Below, piece after piece: positions 7,770 through 15,892 of a DNA stretch of 33,960 nucleotides. Under the pieces are notes generated by a model. That model saw nothing but the letters and a program-made list of their open reading frames with translations. It was not told the DNA's origin and did no database searches. Source of the DNA: Planctomycetales bacterium. GTDB lineage: Bacteria; 4484-113; JAFGCY01. The position numbers and the translations under genes were made by a program. The stretch covers positions 1 through 33,960 of the forward strand of contig JAHEFU010000002.1 in assembly GCA_024645305.1 (NCBI GenBank), read 5' to 3'. Positions within the stretch are counted from its first letter, which is position 1, and every line of letters begins with the position of its first letter.

Positions 7770-10700
7770 ATGAATCTGCGACTGACAGCGATCAACATCG
7801 GCATCCTCGGCGGCGTTATGCTGCTTGCGGCATCCTGCGGGGGCGGAGCTACCCAGTCTCCCGCGCCTCAGGACAGCAACTCAGACAACGCTATTGTGCA
7901 GGTGCCAGCCGAACCGGATGCCGTGCTGGAGCGTTTCGCACTCTATGTGGATCAGGGCAGTTACCTTGGTGCAGCAGAACTGAACGGGCTGCGACTTCTA
8001 GCGACAGAAACCGAGGACGAAACAACACTGCAGCTCGTGGTGGATGACGCGATTTCCATGCGGGCGCTCTATTTCTCACTTGAATATGATGAAACGGCAT
8101 ATAGCCCGCAGACGGTGGATGCGTCTGCTTCCTTGCCTGCCCAGTCCCTGGAGTTGCCACTGCTTGGAAATCCTGGGGAGCTGCATTACGGCCGCGTGCT
8201 GGTTGACCCGCTGGCGCAGGACGGTTTCAGTGGCAGCGGCGTGCTCGCCGAGCTGCATTTTGCCAACCATGCCTTCGACCCCGCTGACAACCGCCAGCCG
8301 CAGGCGAAGGCAAGCAGCGTGGCCCCGCCGGCGCAGCGCTTTGAACTGATCAGCACGGATGAACCGGGCCAGAACTACACGGTGATGATTCCTTACCAGA
8401 TGCCCGGTGACTACGATCAGAACAGCCAGGTGATCCTCTCCGACCTCACGCCCCTTGCCGTGCACTTCGGCAAGAAGGCCCCCTTCGAGATCGGCAGCGT
8501 CGAGACAGTGGTGGACGGTGACAACAACGGTGAAATCAACATCGCCGACATCTCCGTTATCGGTGCCAACTTCCAGAACAGCTTCACTGCGGTGAGTGCG
8601 GTCTACGGCGATCAGACGGCGTTTGATAGCGGCAACGGAGTGGAGATCCAGCAGTTCACCTTCGGTGATGCGCAGGGTGTGTCCAGCGCGGACCGCCTGT
8701 GGTTCAGTACCTCATTTGACATTGACAGCCTGTCCGGTGCTCCGCTGGTCTGGACACTGTTCAATGGTACGAGCGGTGGCAGTGCTGTCAGCAACAAGGC
8801 TGCGGACCCGATTGCCTTTGAAAGCGAAGGGCAGCGCGTGATGTCGCTGAATGCACAGGTGTTCCCGCTGCAGGTGGAAACCGGGGAGGAATTCGGGATC
8901 TTTGCCAACTGCATTGATGCGGAGCTGGCAATTGGCCAGGTGGTGATGAGTGCCAATGGAGAGAGTGTCGTTGAGGACGTCACGTTTGAAGGCGAGGCCA
9001 GTGTGCTGCGCGGTGCATGGACGATTGATGAACCGGGTGTGTATCCCGTCACGGTCAGTTTCCGTGCCGGCCCGGCAGCTGTACCGCGGGCGGCTTCGCT
9101 GGTCCGTTCCGTGTTCAGCCGCAGCTTCAGCGTGGAAGTGCATGCACCTTTCAGTGACCCGCCGGTTACAGGACTGACACTCGATCCCGCAGTCGGGGCC
9201 CCGCTGGGCACACAGCTATCGCTCAGTGCCGGGCTCATCAGTACGGGCGCTGGCAGCAGTATTGACAACTATGAATGGGACTTCGATGGTGATGGCATCT
9301 TCGACGAGGAGGGTGCCGCTTCCGCCACGACATTTGACCCGCTGGCGGCTGATGTGGGCCTCGGGCATGTGACGGTGCGTGTCACTGCTGACAATGGTGA
9401 GCAGGCCAGCTCCACGCTGGCATATGTCTACAACACGGCGGGTGCAGGCACACCCGTGGCGGAGCTGCAGTACGAAGGTCCGCTGCAGTTCAGCGAGACC
9501 TCCGCACAGCTCACTGGACTGGGCGGAGTTGTCAACGGACTGGGTGACAAGCTCGGCGCGCTCGCTGCAGGGACCGGTAATTTCAGCAGCCAGTTCAGGC
9601 TGACAGACCCGCTGGGCGCGGTCAGTACGGTGCCGTATGAGCCGGGCACTCCGCTGACGGTTGACCTTGACGGTGCGGGCAATCACCGGATTGATTTTGA
9701 GGTGCTGTTCGCCGGGGCCCTGTTTGCCTCAGACAGCATCACCGTGACGCTCGGCGCCCGCAACATCGAGCTGGTGGTTTTCCCTGACAACACCACGATC
9801 AAGGCACCCGTCACCTTCACCGCCACCCCGGAGGAGCCGGGCCTGATAGACCACTACGTCTTCGATTTCGGTGATGGCAACCAGTTGAACACCACGAATG
9901 CCACGGTGGACCACGAATACACCGTCAAGCAGGACTATGATGCCACGGTCACGGCCTTCTGGACTGATGATAAGCAGAACACCAGTGCGCCGGTACATGT
10001 CGTCTGTGGCTTCGAGCGACTTGTCGAGCTGCAGGTTGACACCAGCCCGGGCCTCGTGAACCAGGAACTGAACTTCACGGTGAACGTGGACTTCCCGGAA
10101 CTGGTCACCGAGTACACCTATGAGTTCGGTGACGGCGGATCCACCACCACGACCGATACCACAGTGCCGCATACATACCTGACGGTTGGCAACTTCAAGC
10201 CCTTCCTGATCGCGGTCTACTCCGACGGTCCGACGACGCAGTCGGACAAGCTGGCGCTGGAGGTGCAGGACCCCGGCCAGCTCGTGACGGAGCCCCTGCT
10301 GGAGATCCTCAGTACGCAAAATGATTTCCCCCTGCTCGTGGAATTCACGGCGCAGAACACCAAGTTCAAGGTGGGCACCAGCCTGCTGTCCTTCAGCATC
10401 GACTTCGGCGACGGTGACAGTGTGCAGAACGTGACTGACATCAACCAGAGCGTGTACCACGCCTACTATGAGGCCGGAGAATACACCGCGACGCTCACGG
10501 TGCGTGACACCGACTTTGAACAGACCACGGATGACATTCCGGTGAGCGTGGTGGACCCGGGGGGCAAGTTTGACTATGCCGTGCTGGGCAGCACACCTAA
10601 CACCTTCGAGGTGGAGCGCATCGTCCCGGTACGCGGTGACATCAGCCGCTTCGCCTGGTCCGCGCGGGCAGCCGGCGGCAGCGACGGTTTCGCCATCAAG

Positions 10701-11741
10701 AACAGTGCCAACGACCTGTACCACCTGTACTTCGCCAGTCCGGTTGACAACACCGCCACGAGCTGGAACGTCCCCGTGAAGATCGCCGAGGCCAAGGGTG
10801 CGCAGCGCAACCTCAGCGCGGCCAGCATGGCCGGTGGCCCGGCCGTGGCCTACTACCTCTACAAGTCCGTGGTGGACGACTTCCCGGATGACGGTGACCT
10901 GCTGTACTGCCAGGCCACAGCGGCTGACGGTTCCGCCTGGAATACCCCTGTCGTGGTTTCCGAGACCGGTGACATCGGGCGCTATCCGGACCTGTGGAAC
11001 GTGAATGGAAACCCGGCGATTGTGAGCCGCCTGAGCACGGCGGCCGATGCGGGCAGCGGGAAGTACATCCGGGCCACGGCTGCCGACGGCAGTGTCTGGG
11101 GCAGCTTCCAGGATGTCGGCCCGGCGGGAACCAACGGGGCATTCTTCCAGATGATGAATGTCAACGACGGCGGTGTCAAGCCGGCCGTTGCCATGCAGGT
11201 GGGCACGGGGGGCCAGTTCCGGCTGGGCTTCCAGGTGGCGGACGATGCGGATGGTGCCGGCTGGACCCCCGCCGACACGGTCGTCTTCAGCAGCAACGAC
11301 CGGGGCTACGGGATTGACATGCGGCACTTCGGGGCCACGCCCTGGATCGCCTTCCAGGACAGCATTGCCGGGCGCATCTACTTCACGAAGGCGGATGATG
11401 TGGCGGGCAGCAGCTGGGCAGTGGAAAGCTTCGCCATCGACACGGCGGACGGCAGCTTCCCGGCCTCATTCTCGCTGGGCGCAGCCGGTACGACGCCGTC
11501 CATTCTCGTCAGTGTCAAGGGCGGGACGGACGGGGCTCCCGAACCGGTCTATGTGGTCAGCGCCGCGGATGGCAGTGGCAGCAGCTGGAATGCCCCGGAA
11601 CTGGTCGGCTGGACAATCGAACATCACAGCGTGGCCTTCGGCAGGGCGGATGACGGATCCCAGCTGATCATGTTCTATGACCACCTCAATGCCGTGGGTG
11701 GGACGGGCCGGATCCGCAGCGGGGCCCGCCTGCTGCCCTAG
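7770..11741 (+). CDS. very large surface lipoprotein with dockerin-like, PKD-like and BNR/sialidase-like propeller repeats
   Basis: Lipobox LLAAS-C-GGG. Dockerin-like DGDNNGEINIADISVIGANF. At least four PKD-like repeats (YEWDFDGDG, YVFDFGDGN, YTYEFGDGG, FSIDFGDGD). C-terminal degenerate BNR repeats (ADGSAWNTP, ADGSVWGS, DGAGWTP, AGSSWAV, GSGSSWNAP). Confidence 0.85.
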   Translation: MNLRLTAINIGILGGVMLLAASCGGGATQSPAPQDSNSDNAIVQVPAEPDAVLERFALYVDQGSYLGAAELNGLRLLATETEDETTLQLVVDDAISMRALYFSLEYDETAYSPQTVDASASLPAQSLELPLLGNPGELHYGRVLVDPLAQDGFSGSGVLAELHFANHAFDPADNRQPQAKASSVAPPAQRFELISTDEPGQNYTVMIPYQMPGDYDQNSQVILSDLTPLAVHFGKKAPFEIGSVETVVDGDNNGEINIADISVIGANFQNSFTAVSAVYGDQTAFDSGNGVEIQQFTFGDAQGVSSADRLWFSTSFDIDSLSGAPLVWTLFNGTSGGSAVSNKAADPIAFESEGQRVMSLNAQVFPLQVETGEEFGIFANCIDAELAIGQVVMSANGESVVEDVTFEGEASVLRGAWTIDEPGVYPVTVSFRAGPAAVPRAASLVRSVFSRSFSVEVHAPFSDPPVTGLTLDPAVGAPLGTQLSLSAGLISTGAGSSIDNYEWDFDGDGIFDEEGAASATTFDPLAADVGLGHVTVRVTADNGEQASSTLAYVYNTAGAGTPVAELQYEGPLQFSETSAQLTGLGGVVNGLGDKLGALAAGTGNFSSQFRLTDPLGAVSTVPYEPGTPLTVDLDGAGNHRIDFEVLFAGALFASDSITVTLGARNIELVVFPDNTTIKAPVTFTATPEEPGLIDHYVFDFGDGNQLNTTNATVDHEYTVKQDYDATVTAFWTDDKQNTSAPVHVVCGFERLVELQVDTSPGLVNQELNFTVNVDFPELVTEYTYEFGDGGSTTTTDTTVPHTYLTVGNFKPFLIAVYSDGPTTQSDKLALEVQDPGQLVTEPLLEILSTQNDFPLLVEFTAQNTKFKVGTSLLSFSIDFGDGDSVQNVTDINQSVYHAYYEAGEYTATLTVRDTDFEQTTDDIPVSVVDPGGKFDYAVLGSTPNTFEVERIVPVRGDISRFAWSARAAGGSDGFAIKNSANDLYHLYFASPVDNTATSWNVPVKIAEAKGAQRNLSAASMAGGPAVAYYLYKSVVDDFPDDGDLLYCQATAADGSAWNTPVVVSETGDIGRYPDLWNVNGNPAIVSRLSTAADAGSGKYIRATAADGSVWGSFQDVGPAGTNGAFFQMMNVNDGGVKPAVAMQVGTGGQFRLGFQVADDADGAGWTPADTVVFSSNDRGYGIDMRHFGATPWIAFQDSIAGRIYFTKADDVAGSSWAVESFAIDTADGSFPASFSLGAAGTTPSILVSVKGGTDGAPEPVYVVSAADGSGSSWNAPELVGWTIEHHSVAFGRADDGSQLIMFYDHLNAVGGTGRIRSGARLLP

Positions 11742-11775
11742 GCTTGCCCGGATTGACAACGAGGGAGCGCGGGGC

Positions 11776-13323
11776 TCAGGCCTCCAGCGGCACGTTCTGC
11801 AGCCAGCTGAGGTCGGACTGGTAGAGGTCCTTGATCACGCGCACGCCGTAGTAGGCCATCGCCAGGCGCTCAATGCCCAGCCCCCAGGCCAGCACGGGGT
11901 GCCTGACGCCGAAGGGCTGGGTGACCTCCGGGCGGAAGATCCCGGCGCCGCCCATTTCCATCCAGGTGTCGCCCCACTTGATGTGGACCTCCACGCTCGG
12001 TTCCGTGTAGGGGAAGAAGGCCGGCTTGAGCTTGATGTCATTGATGCCCAGGCGCTCGTAGAACTTGCCGAGGGTGCCCATCAGCGTTGCCAGGCTGGCA
12101 TGCTCGTCGATGATGATGCCGTCCACCTGGTGGAACTCCGGCAGGTGTGTGTTGTCAACCGTCTCCCGGCGGAACACGCGGCCGATACTGAAGACCTTGC
12201 TGGGGGCATGCGGCTCGCGGCTGATGGCACGGATGCTGGAGGCCGTCATATGCGTGCGCAGCACTACCTGGGAGGCCCGCTCGGCACTCCACTGGTAGCG
12301 CCAGCCCTTGCTGCCCGTGTCCCCGCCATCCTCATGCGTGCGGCGGATCCTGTCAACGAGGCCGCTGTCAGCGGGCAGCTCATAGCGGCTGGGCTGTTTC
12401 AGGTAGAAGGTATCCTGCATTTCGCGGGCGGGATGGTCCTGCGGCTGGAACAGGCAGTCGAAGTCCCAGAAGGCACTCTCCGCCATTTCGCAGCCGGCCT
12501 CACTGAAGCCCAGTTCGAGGTAGGCCAGGCGCACCTTGTCAATCACCCGCATCAGCGGATGGGTCTTGCCCGGATGCACGCGGTCGGCCGCCAGGCTGAC
12601 GTCGTAGCGGCGGAAGTCAACGTTGCGCCAGCTGCCGTCAGAGAGCAGCTCCGGGGTCAGTTCATTGACCTCCCGCAGTTCGCTGACACTGCCGCTGGCA
12701 ACATCCGCGGCGAGGGCCCGGCCTGCAGCGGTCAGGGCCAGGCTGCGACGGCTGCGCTCGCGGACACTGACCAGTTCCCGGCGGCCCTTGAGGAATTCGG
12801 CACCGGCGGATAGGCGCGGATCAGCAGACTCATCGAGCAGCAGGCTGCCCCCGGCGGTCTGCAGGGCCACCATCAGGGCCTCGGCATCGCTGGCCGGCGG
12901 TTCATGTGAGACGAATTCGGGTTTCAGGCTGAGCGTACCCTTCTCGAAATCGGCCCAGCCATGCTCCACCAGCAGGCGGGCGAACTTGCCGGGCACGACA
13001 TCGGCCTCGGCCAGGCGCGAGTTGCCACCGAGATCCCTCATGGAGGCAGAGCCGCCGAGGCCCATCAGCACTTCGGCCAGCAGGCGCTCCGGTAGCTGGG
13101 CCGTGCCCTGCTGGATGGCCTGGCCCAGTTCGCCGAGCGACAGTTCGCGGTAGGGATGTTCGCTGATGGTAAGCAGGGCCTCGCGCTCCAGCTCGACGGC
13201 GGCGGCACTGACCAGCGCCTGGTCAATCCCGGCCAGCGTGGCCAGGCCTTCGACGCTGCAATCCGCCGGATCACTGCCGAGGGCCTTGATCAGCGCATAC
13301 TGATGTGGTGGAAGCTTCTTCAC
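11776..13323 (-). CDS. pheS: phenylalanine--tRNA ligase alpha subunit, long archaeal/eukaryal-type
   Basis: Class II aaRS core: FQPQDHPAREMQDTFY, motif 2 GRVFRRETVDNTHLPEFHQVDG, motif 3 GLGIERLAM. Length is 515 aa with an N-terminal extension of roughly 250 aa. GTG start. Confidence 0.9.
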   Translation of the reverse strand: MKKLPPHQYALIKALGSDPADCSVEGLATLAGIDQALVSAAAVELEREALLTISEHPYRELSLGELGQAIQQGTAQLPERLLAEVLMGLGGSASMRDLGGNSRLAEADVVPGKFARLLVEHGWADFEKGTLSLKPEFVSHEPPASDAEALMVALQTAGGSLLLDESADPRLSAGAEFLKGRRELVSVRERSRRSLALTAAGRALAADVASGSVSELREVNELTPELLSDGSWRNVDFRRYDVSLAADRVHPGKTHPLMRVIDKVRLAYLELGFSEAGCEMAESAFWDFDCLFQPQDHPAREMQDTFYLKQPSRYELPADSGLVDRIRRTHEDGGDTGSKGWRYQWSAERASQVVLRTHMTASSIRAISREPHAPSKVFSIGRVFRRETVDNTHLPEFHQVDGIIIDEHASLATLMGTLGKFYERLGINDIKLKPAFFPYTEPSVEVHIKWGDTWMEMGGAGIFRPEVTQPFGVRHPVLAWGLGIERLAMAYYGVRVIKDLYQSDLSWLQNVPLEA

Positions 13324-13342
13324 GCTGGAGATTATATCGGCT

Positions 13343-13376
13343 GGATGAAAATGGGGCTCCCCTGGGGGAGCCCCGG
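13343..13376 (-). terminator. rho-independent terminator of the 13413-14672 gene
   Basis: GGGGCTCCCC-xx-GGGGAGCCCC (13353-13374), followed on the minus strand by ATTTTCAT. Confidence 0.7.
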
Positions 13377-13412
13377 ACTGATGGCATTCAGCATTCTGTC
13401 TGGTGGACCCTG

Positions 13413-14672
13413 TTAATCGAGGATCGGGTCACCGTCCACTGTGTCGCCGACGCGCTTCACTATGAAGTGCACTCCGCGCACCGGCTCGTCGCCAAGTCGC
13501 ACTTCCTGGATTTCCGGCCGGACTACCAGCCTGGCGTTGTCAGCCCAGGCATGTACCATGTAGAGTCCGCTGTGCAGGTTGCGGAATACGAAGAAACCCT
13601 CGTCATTGGTCAGCACGGGCCGGCGGTCTGTGCCGTCCAGCCTCACGAAGATGCCCGGCACACCGCGGCCGTCCACGGTGGTGGCCCGGCCGGCGATGAA
13701 CAGGCCGCTGTCGTTGTCACGTTCACCCCACCAGCCGCCGTCAACATTGCTGTGGGCGCTGCGCCCGGTTTCGTTCTTCGCCACCACGCTGTAGAGGTAG
13801 TGCGTTCCCGGCCGGCAGTTGTCATCGAAGAAGCGGGTCTCCGCAGTGCGGCCGATGGCCTCCCAGCCCACAGGCAGGCGCTGGTCGTCCCCGGCGGCAT
13901 CCCTGTGCAGTTTGCGGAAGACAACGTAGCCTGCCACATGTCCGCGCCGCGGGGCATTCCAGTGCAGGGCGATGCCGCCGCGTACCGTGCCATCGCTGGC
14001 TTCCAGGCCCCAGGGGGCATGCGGCCGGCGCATCGGGCGGTCGGTCTCGCGGTCGAGGATCACGCTGGCACCCTGCATCAGGGCTCCGGCGGGATCCACT
14101 GTGAACACCACGAAGTACAGGTGTCCGTCCGGTGAGATGTAGCTTGCATCCTCCGGCAGGCGGATCCTTGCCGGGCCGTCCTGCAGCGGACTGATCATCC
14201 AGCTGCGGTTGGAGTAGTTGCCAACGGCCACGAAGTAGCCGCTGCCACCCTCCAGCGGAGAGGCCTGCACATCCAGGCCGACGACGTCGCAGTCGCCCAG
14301 CCCGCCGATGCCGTATAGCGCCCAGGCCAGGCCGAAGCCCTCCGGCTGGAGCAGCAGGCCACGGTCGGTCTCGGTGGCATTGGCGGCATTGATGTAGTCA
14401 TTGCCGCGTACGGAGGGCACACCGTCGCCCCCGGCGGCACTGCTGCCCTTGAGTGGCTCAGTCCCTTCCGGCAGGGCCGGCAGCCCGGTGATTCCCGAGG
14501 ATGTTCCGTCGAGGTTCTCGAGGGCGGTATCCGTGACAGCCGCTGCCGGCTGCTGTGCCAGTCCGTCCTGCAGTCCGGCCGGGGCTGCCGTGCCCCCGCC
14601 GCAGCTGCTGATGAGCACTGCGAGGATGGTCAATATCAGAAAGAGGCCCGTTGCTTCCTTTCGTTTGTACAT
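13413..14672 (-). CDS. lipoprotein with Fn3-like and CarboxypepD_reg-like domains
   Basis: AAAGGAGA RBS and lipobox LISS-C-GGG. An Fn3-like segment (GIALHWNAP..GYVVFR..YLYSVVAKN) is followed by GRATTVDGRGVPGIFVRLDG...DEGFFVFRNLHSGLYMV. Confidence 0.8.
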   Translation of the reverse strand: MYKRKEATGLFLILTILAVLISSCGGGTAAPAGLQDGLAQQPAAAVTDTALENLDGTSSGITGLPALPEGTEPLKGSSAAGGDGVPSVRGNDYINAANATETDRGLLLQPEGFGLAWALYGIGGLGDCDVVGLDVQASPLEGGSGYFVAVGNYSNRSWMISPLQDGPARIRLPEDASYISPDGHLYFVVFTVDPAGALMQGASVILDRETDRPMRRPHAPWGLEASDGTVRGGIALHWNAPRRGHVAGYVVFRKLHRDAAGDDQRLPVGWEAIGRTAETRFFDDNCRPGTHYLYSVVAKNETGRSAHSNVDGGWWGERDNDSGLFIAGRATTVDGRGVPGIFVRLDGTDRRPVLTNDEGFFVFRNLHSGLYMVHAWADNARLVVRPEIQEVRLGDEPVRGVHFIVKRVGDTVDGDPILD

Positions 14673-14796
14673 GTCCGTCTCCTTTCAGGATTGCGTCCTG
14701 TCCTTTGGTCACAGTGCAATCATAACTGCGCCGACGGACCGCGCTAAGACACGAATGTATCCCTAAATGAGGGGCACACTTCCTGCAATAAAGCTA

Positions 14797-14825
14797 TTGC
14801 ACTGGTGCACACCTATGTATATAAC
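14797..14825 (+). promoter_or_regulatory. candidate promoter of a small RNA or leader
   Basis: TTGCAC (14797-14802), 17 nt, TATAAC (14820-14825). The -35 overlaps the palindrome TGCAATA-AAGC-TATTGCA (14784-14801). Confidence 0.35.
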
Positions 14826-14831
14826 ATAAAG

Positions 14832-14990
14832 CCGGATCCGGTAAAGGAAAGCCGGGTAAATGAGAGGAATACACAGAATGTAACCCCTGCCACAGGCCAG
14901 CGTCTTATATGTTGAAGACTCAAGAAGCTAATCAAGGCGGGAGGATACCTCCATCCCATCCCATCCCAAACCTCCCGCCATTTTCTTTCC
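14832..14990 (+). ncRNA. candidate ~160-nt sRNA or 5' leader ending in an intrinsic terminator with a UCCC-rich loop
   Basis: Bounded by the promoter above and by the terminator GGCGGGAGG (14936-14944) / CCTCCCGCC (14971-14979) plus ATTTTCTTTCC. No plus-strand coding gene lies upstream that this terminator could serve. Confidence 0.3.
14936..14990 (+). terminator. intrinsic terminator / attenuator hairpin
   Basis: A 9-bp perfect GC-rich stem with a 26-nt loop containing (CCATC)x3, followed by a T-rich tract at 14981-14988. It lies 69 nt upstream of the 15059 start codon. Confidence 0.5.
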
Positions 14991-15058
14991 TCTCCTGCAA
15001 GACACCATTCCCAAGTTAGGCCACTTTCCGGCCTGCCGCATGCTCCCGCATTAGAATC

Positions 15059-15757
15059 ATGCTGGGTGCAACGATGGGTATCTACACCAAGGCTATCCTG
15101 CGACTGATCCTGGCATTCATAGTGCTCTACCTGCTGGTGTTCACACTCGGTGGCAATCCCAGCTGGCTGCAGGGCTGGATCTACTACGGCATCCTGATTG
15201 CCACGGTCGTCAGTAACCTGGCGGTCCTGAGCCGCGATCCGGCGCTGCTGGAGGAACGCATGGGGCCACTCTTCCGCCCGGGCCAGAACCGCACCGACCG
15301 GATCCAGCTGTCCGTGTTCCTCGTCTTCTACACTGCCTGGTACGTGCTGATGCCGCTTGATGCCCAGCGTTTTCACTGGAGCAGCGACTTCCCGCTGTGG
15401 CTGAACATCTCCGGCGGCCTGCTGATGGCGGGCGGCAGCGGACTGCTGGCCGTCTGCTTCGCCCAGAACAGTTACCTATCCACCGTCGTGCGCGTGCAGG
15501 CTGAACGCGGGCACCGGGTGATCGACAGCGGCCTGTACTCCGTGGTGCGCCATCCGATGTACCTTGGAGTCCTCTGCTTCATGCTCGGGGGAGCCCTGCT
15601 GCTTGGTTCAGTTTGGGGCACACTTACCGCGGTTCTCGGTACTTTGACCCTGTACATCAGGGCGATATCCGAGGAACAGCTGCTCTGCCGTGAACTGCCC
15701 GGCTACGCTGATTACGTGCAGCGGGTCCGGTGGAGGCTGATCCCGGGCCTGTTCTGA
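15059..15757 (+). CDS. isoprenylcysteine carboxyl methyltransferase (ICMT/PEMT) family membrane protein
   Basis: Multi-pass membrane protein with the family signature VIDSGLYSVVRHPMYLGVLCFMLGGALLLGS. No obvious SD, so the start (15059 or 15074) is uncertain. Confidence 0.75.
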   Translation: MLGATMGIYTKAILRLILAFIVLYLLVFTLGGNPSWLQGWIYYGILIATVVSNLAVLSRDPALLEERMGPLFRPGQNRTDRIQLSVFLVFYTAWYVLMPLDAQRFHWSSDFPLWLNISGGLLMAGGSGLLAVCFAQNSYLSTVVRVQAERGHRVIDSGLYSVVRHPMYLGVLCFMLGGALLLGSVWGTLTAVLGTLTLYIRAISEEQLLCRELPGYADYVQRVRWRLIPGLF

Positions 15758-15892
15758 GCCTGTCCAATTCAGGCTGCACGGGGCTGTGCCCCCTGCTTGC
15801 ATATCCGCTATACTAGCTGTGACCCTGTGATTGGGGCACAATTGCGCTCCTGATTGTGCCTCCAGGCGGGGTATCTTAAAAGTGTAGCGGGA

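Noticed and set aside
14951-14967. (CCATC)x3 tandem repeat as a possible CRISPR or microsatellite element.
   Set aside because: There are only three 5-nt units inside a terminator loop, with no repeat-spacer architecture and no cas genes. It is better explained as part of the RNA hairpin loop.
14813-15376. 187-aa minus-strand ORF spanning the intergenic region and the 5' end of the ICMT-family gene.
   Set aside because: It is antisense to a gene with a clear family signature, runs through the terminator hairpin and repeat region, and has no RBS or recognisable domain.
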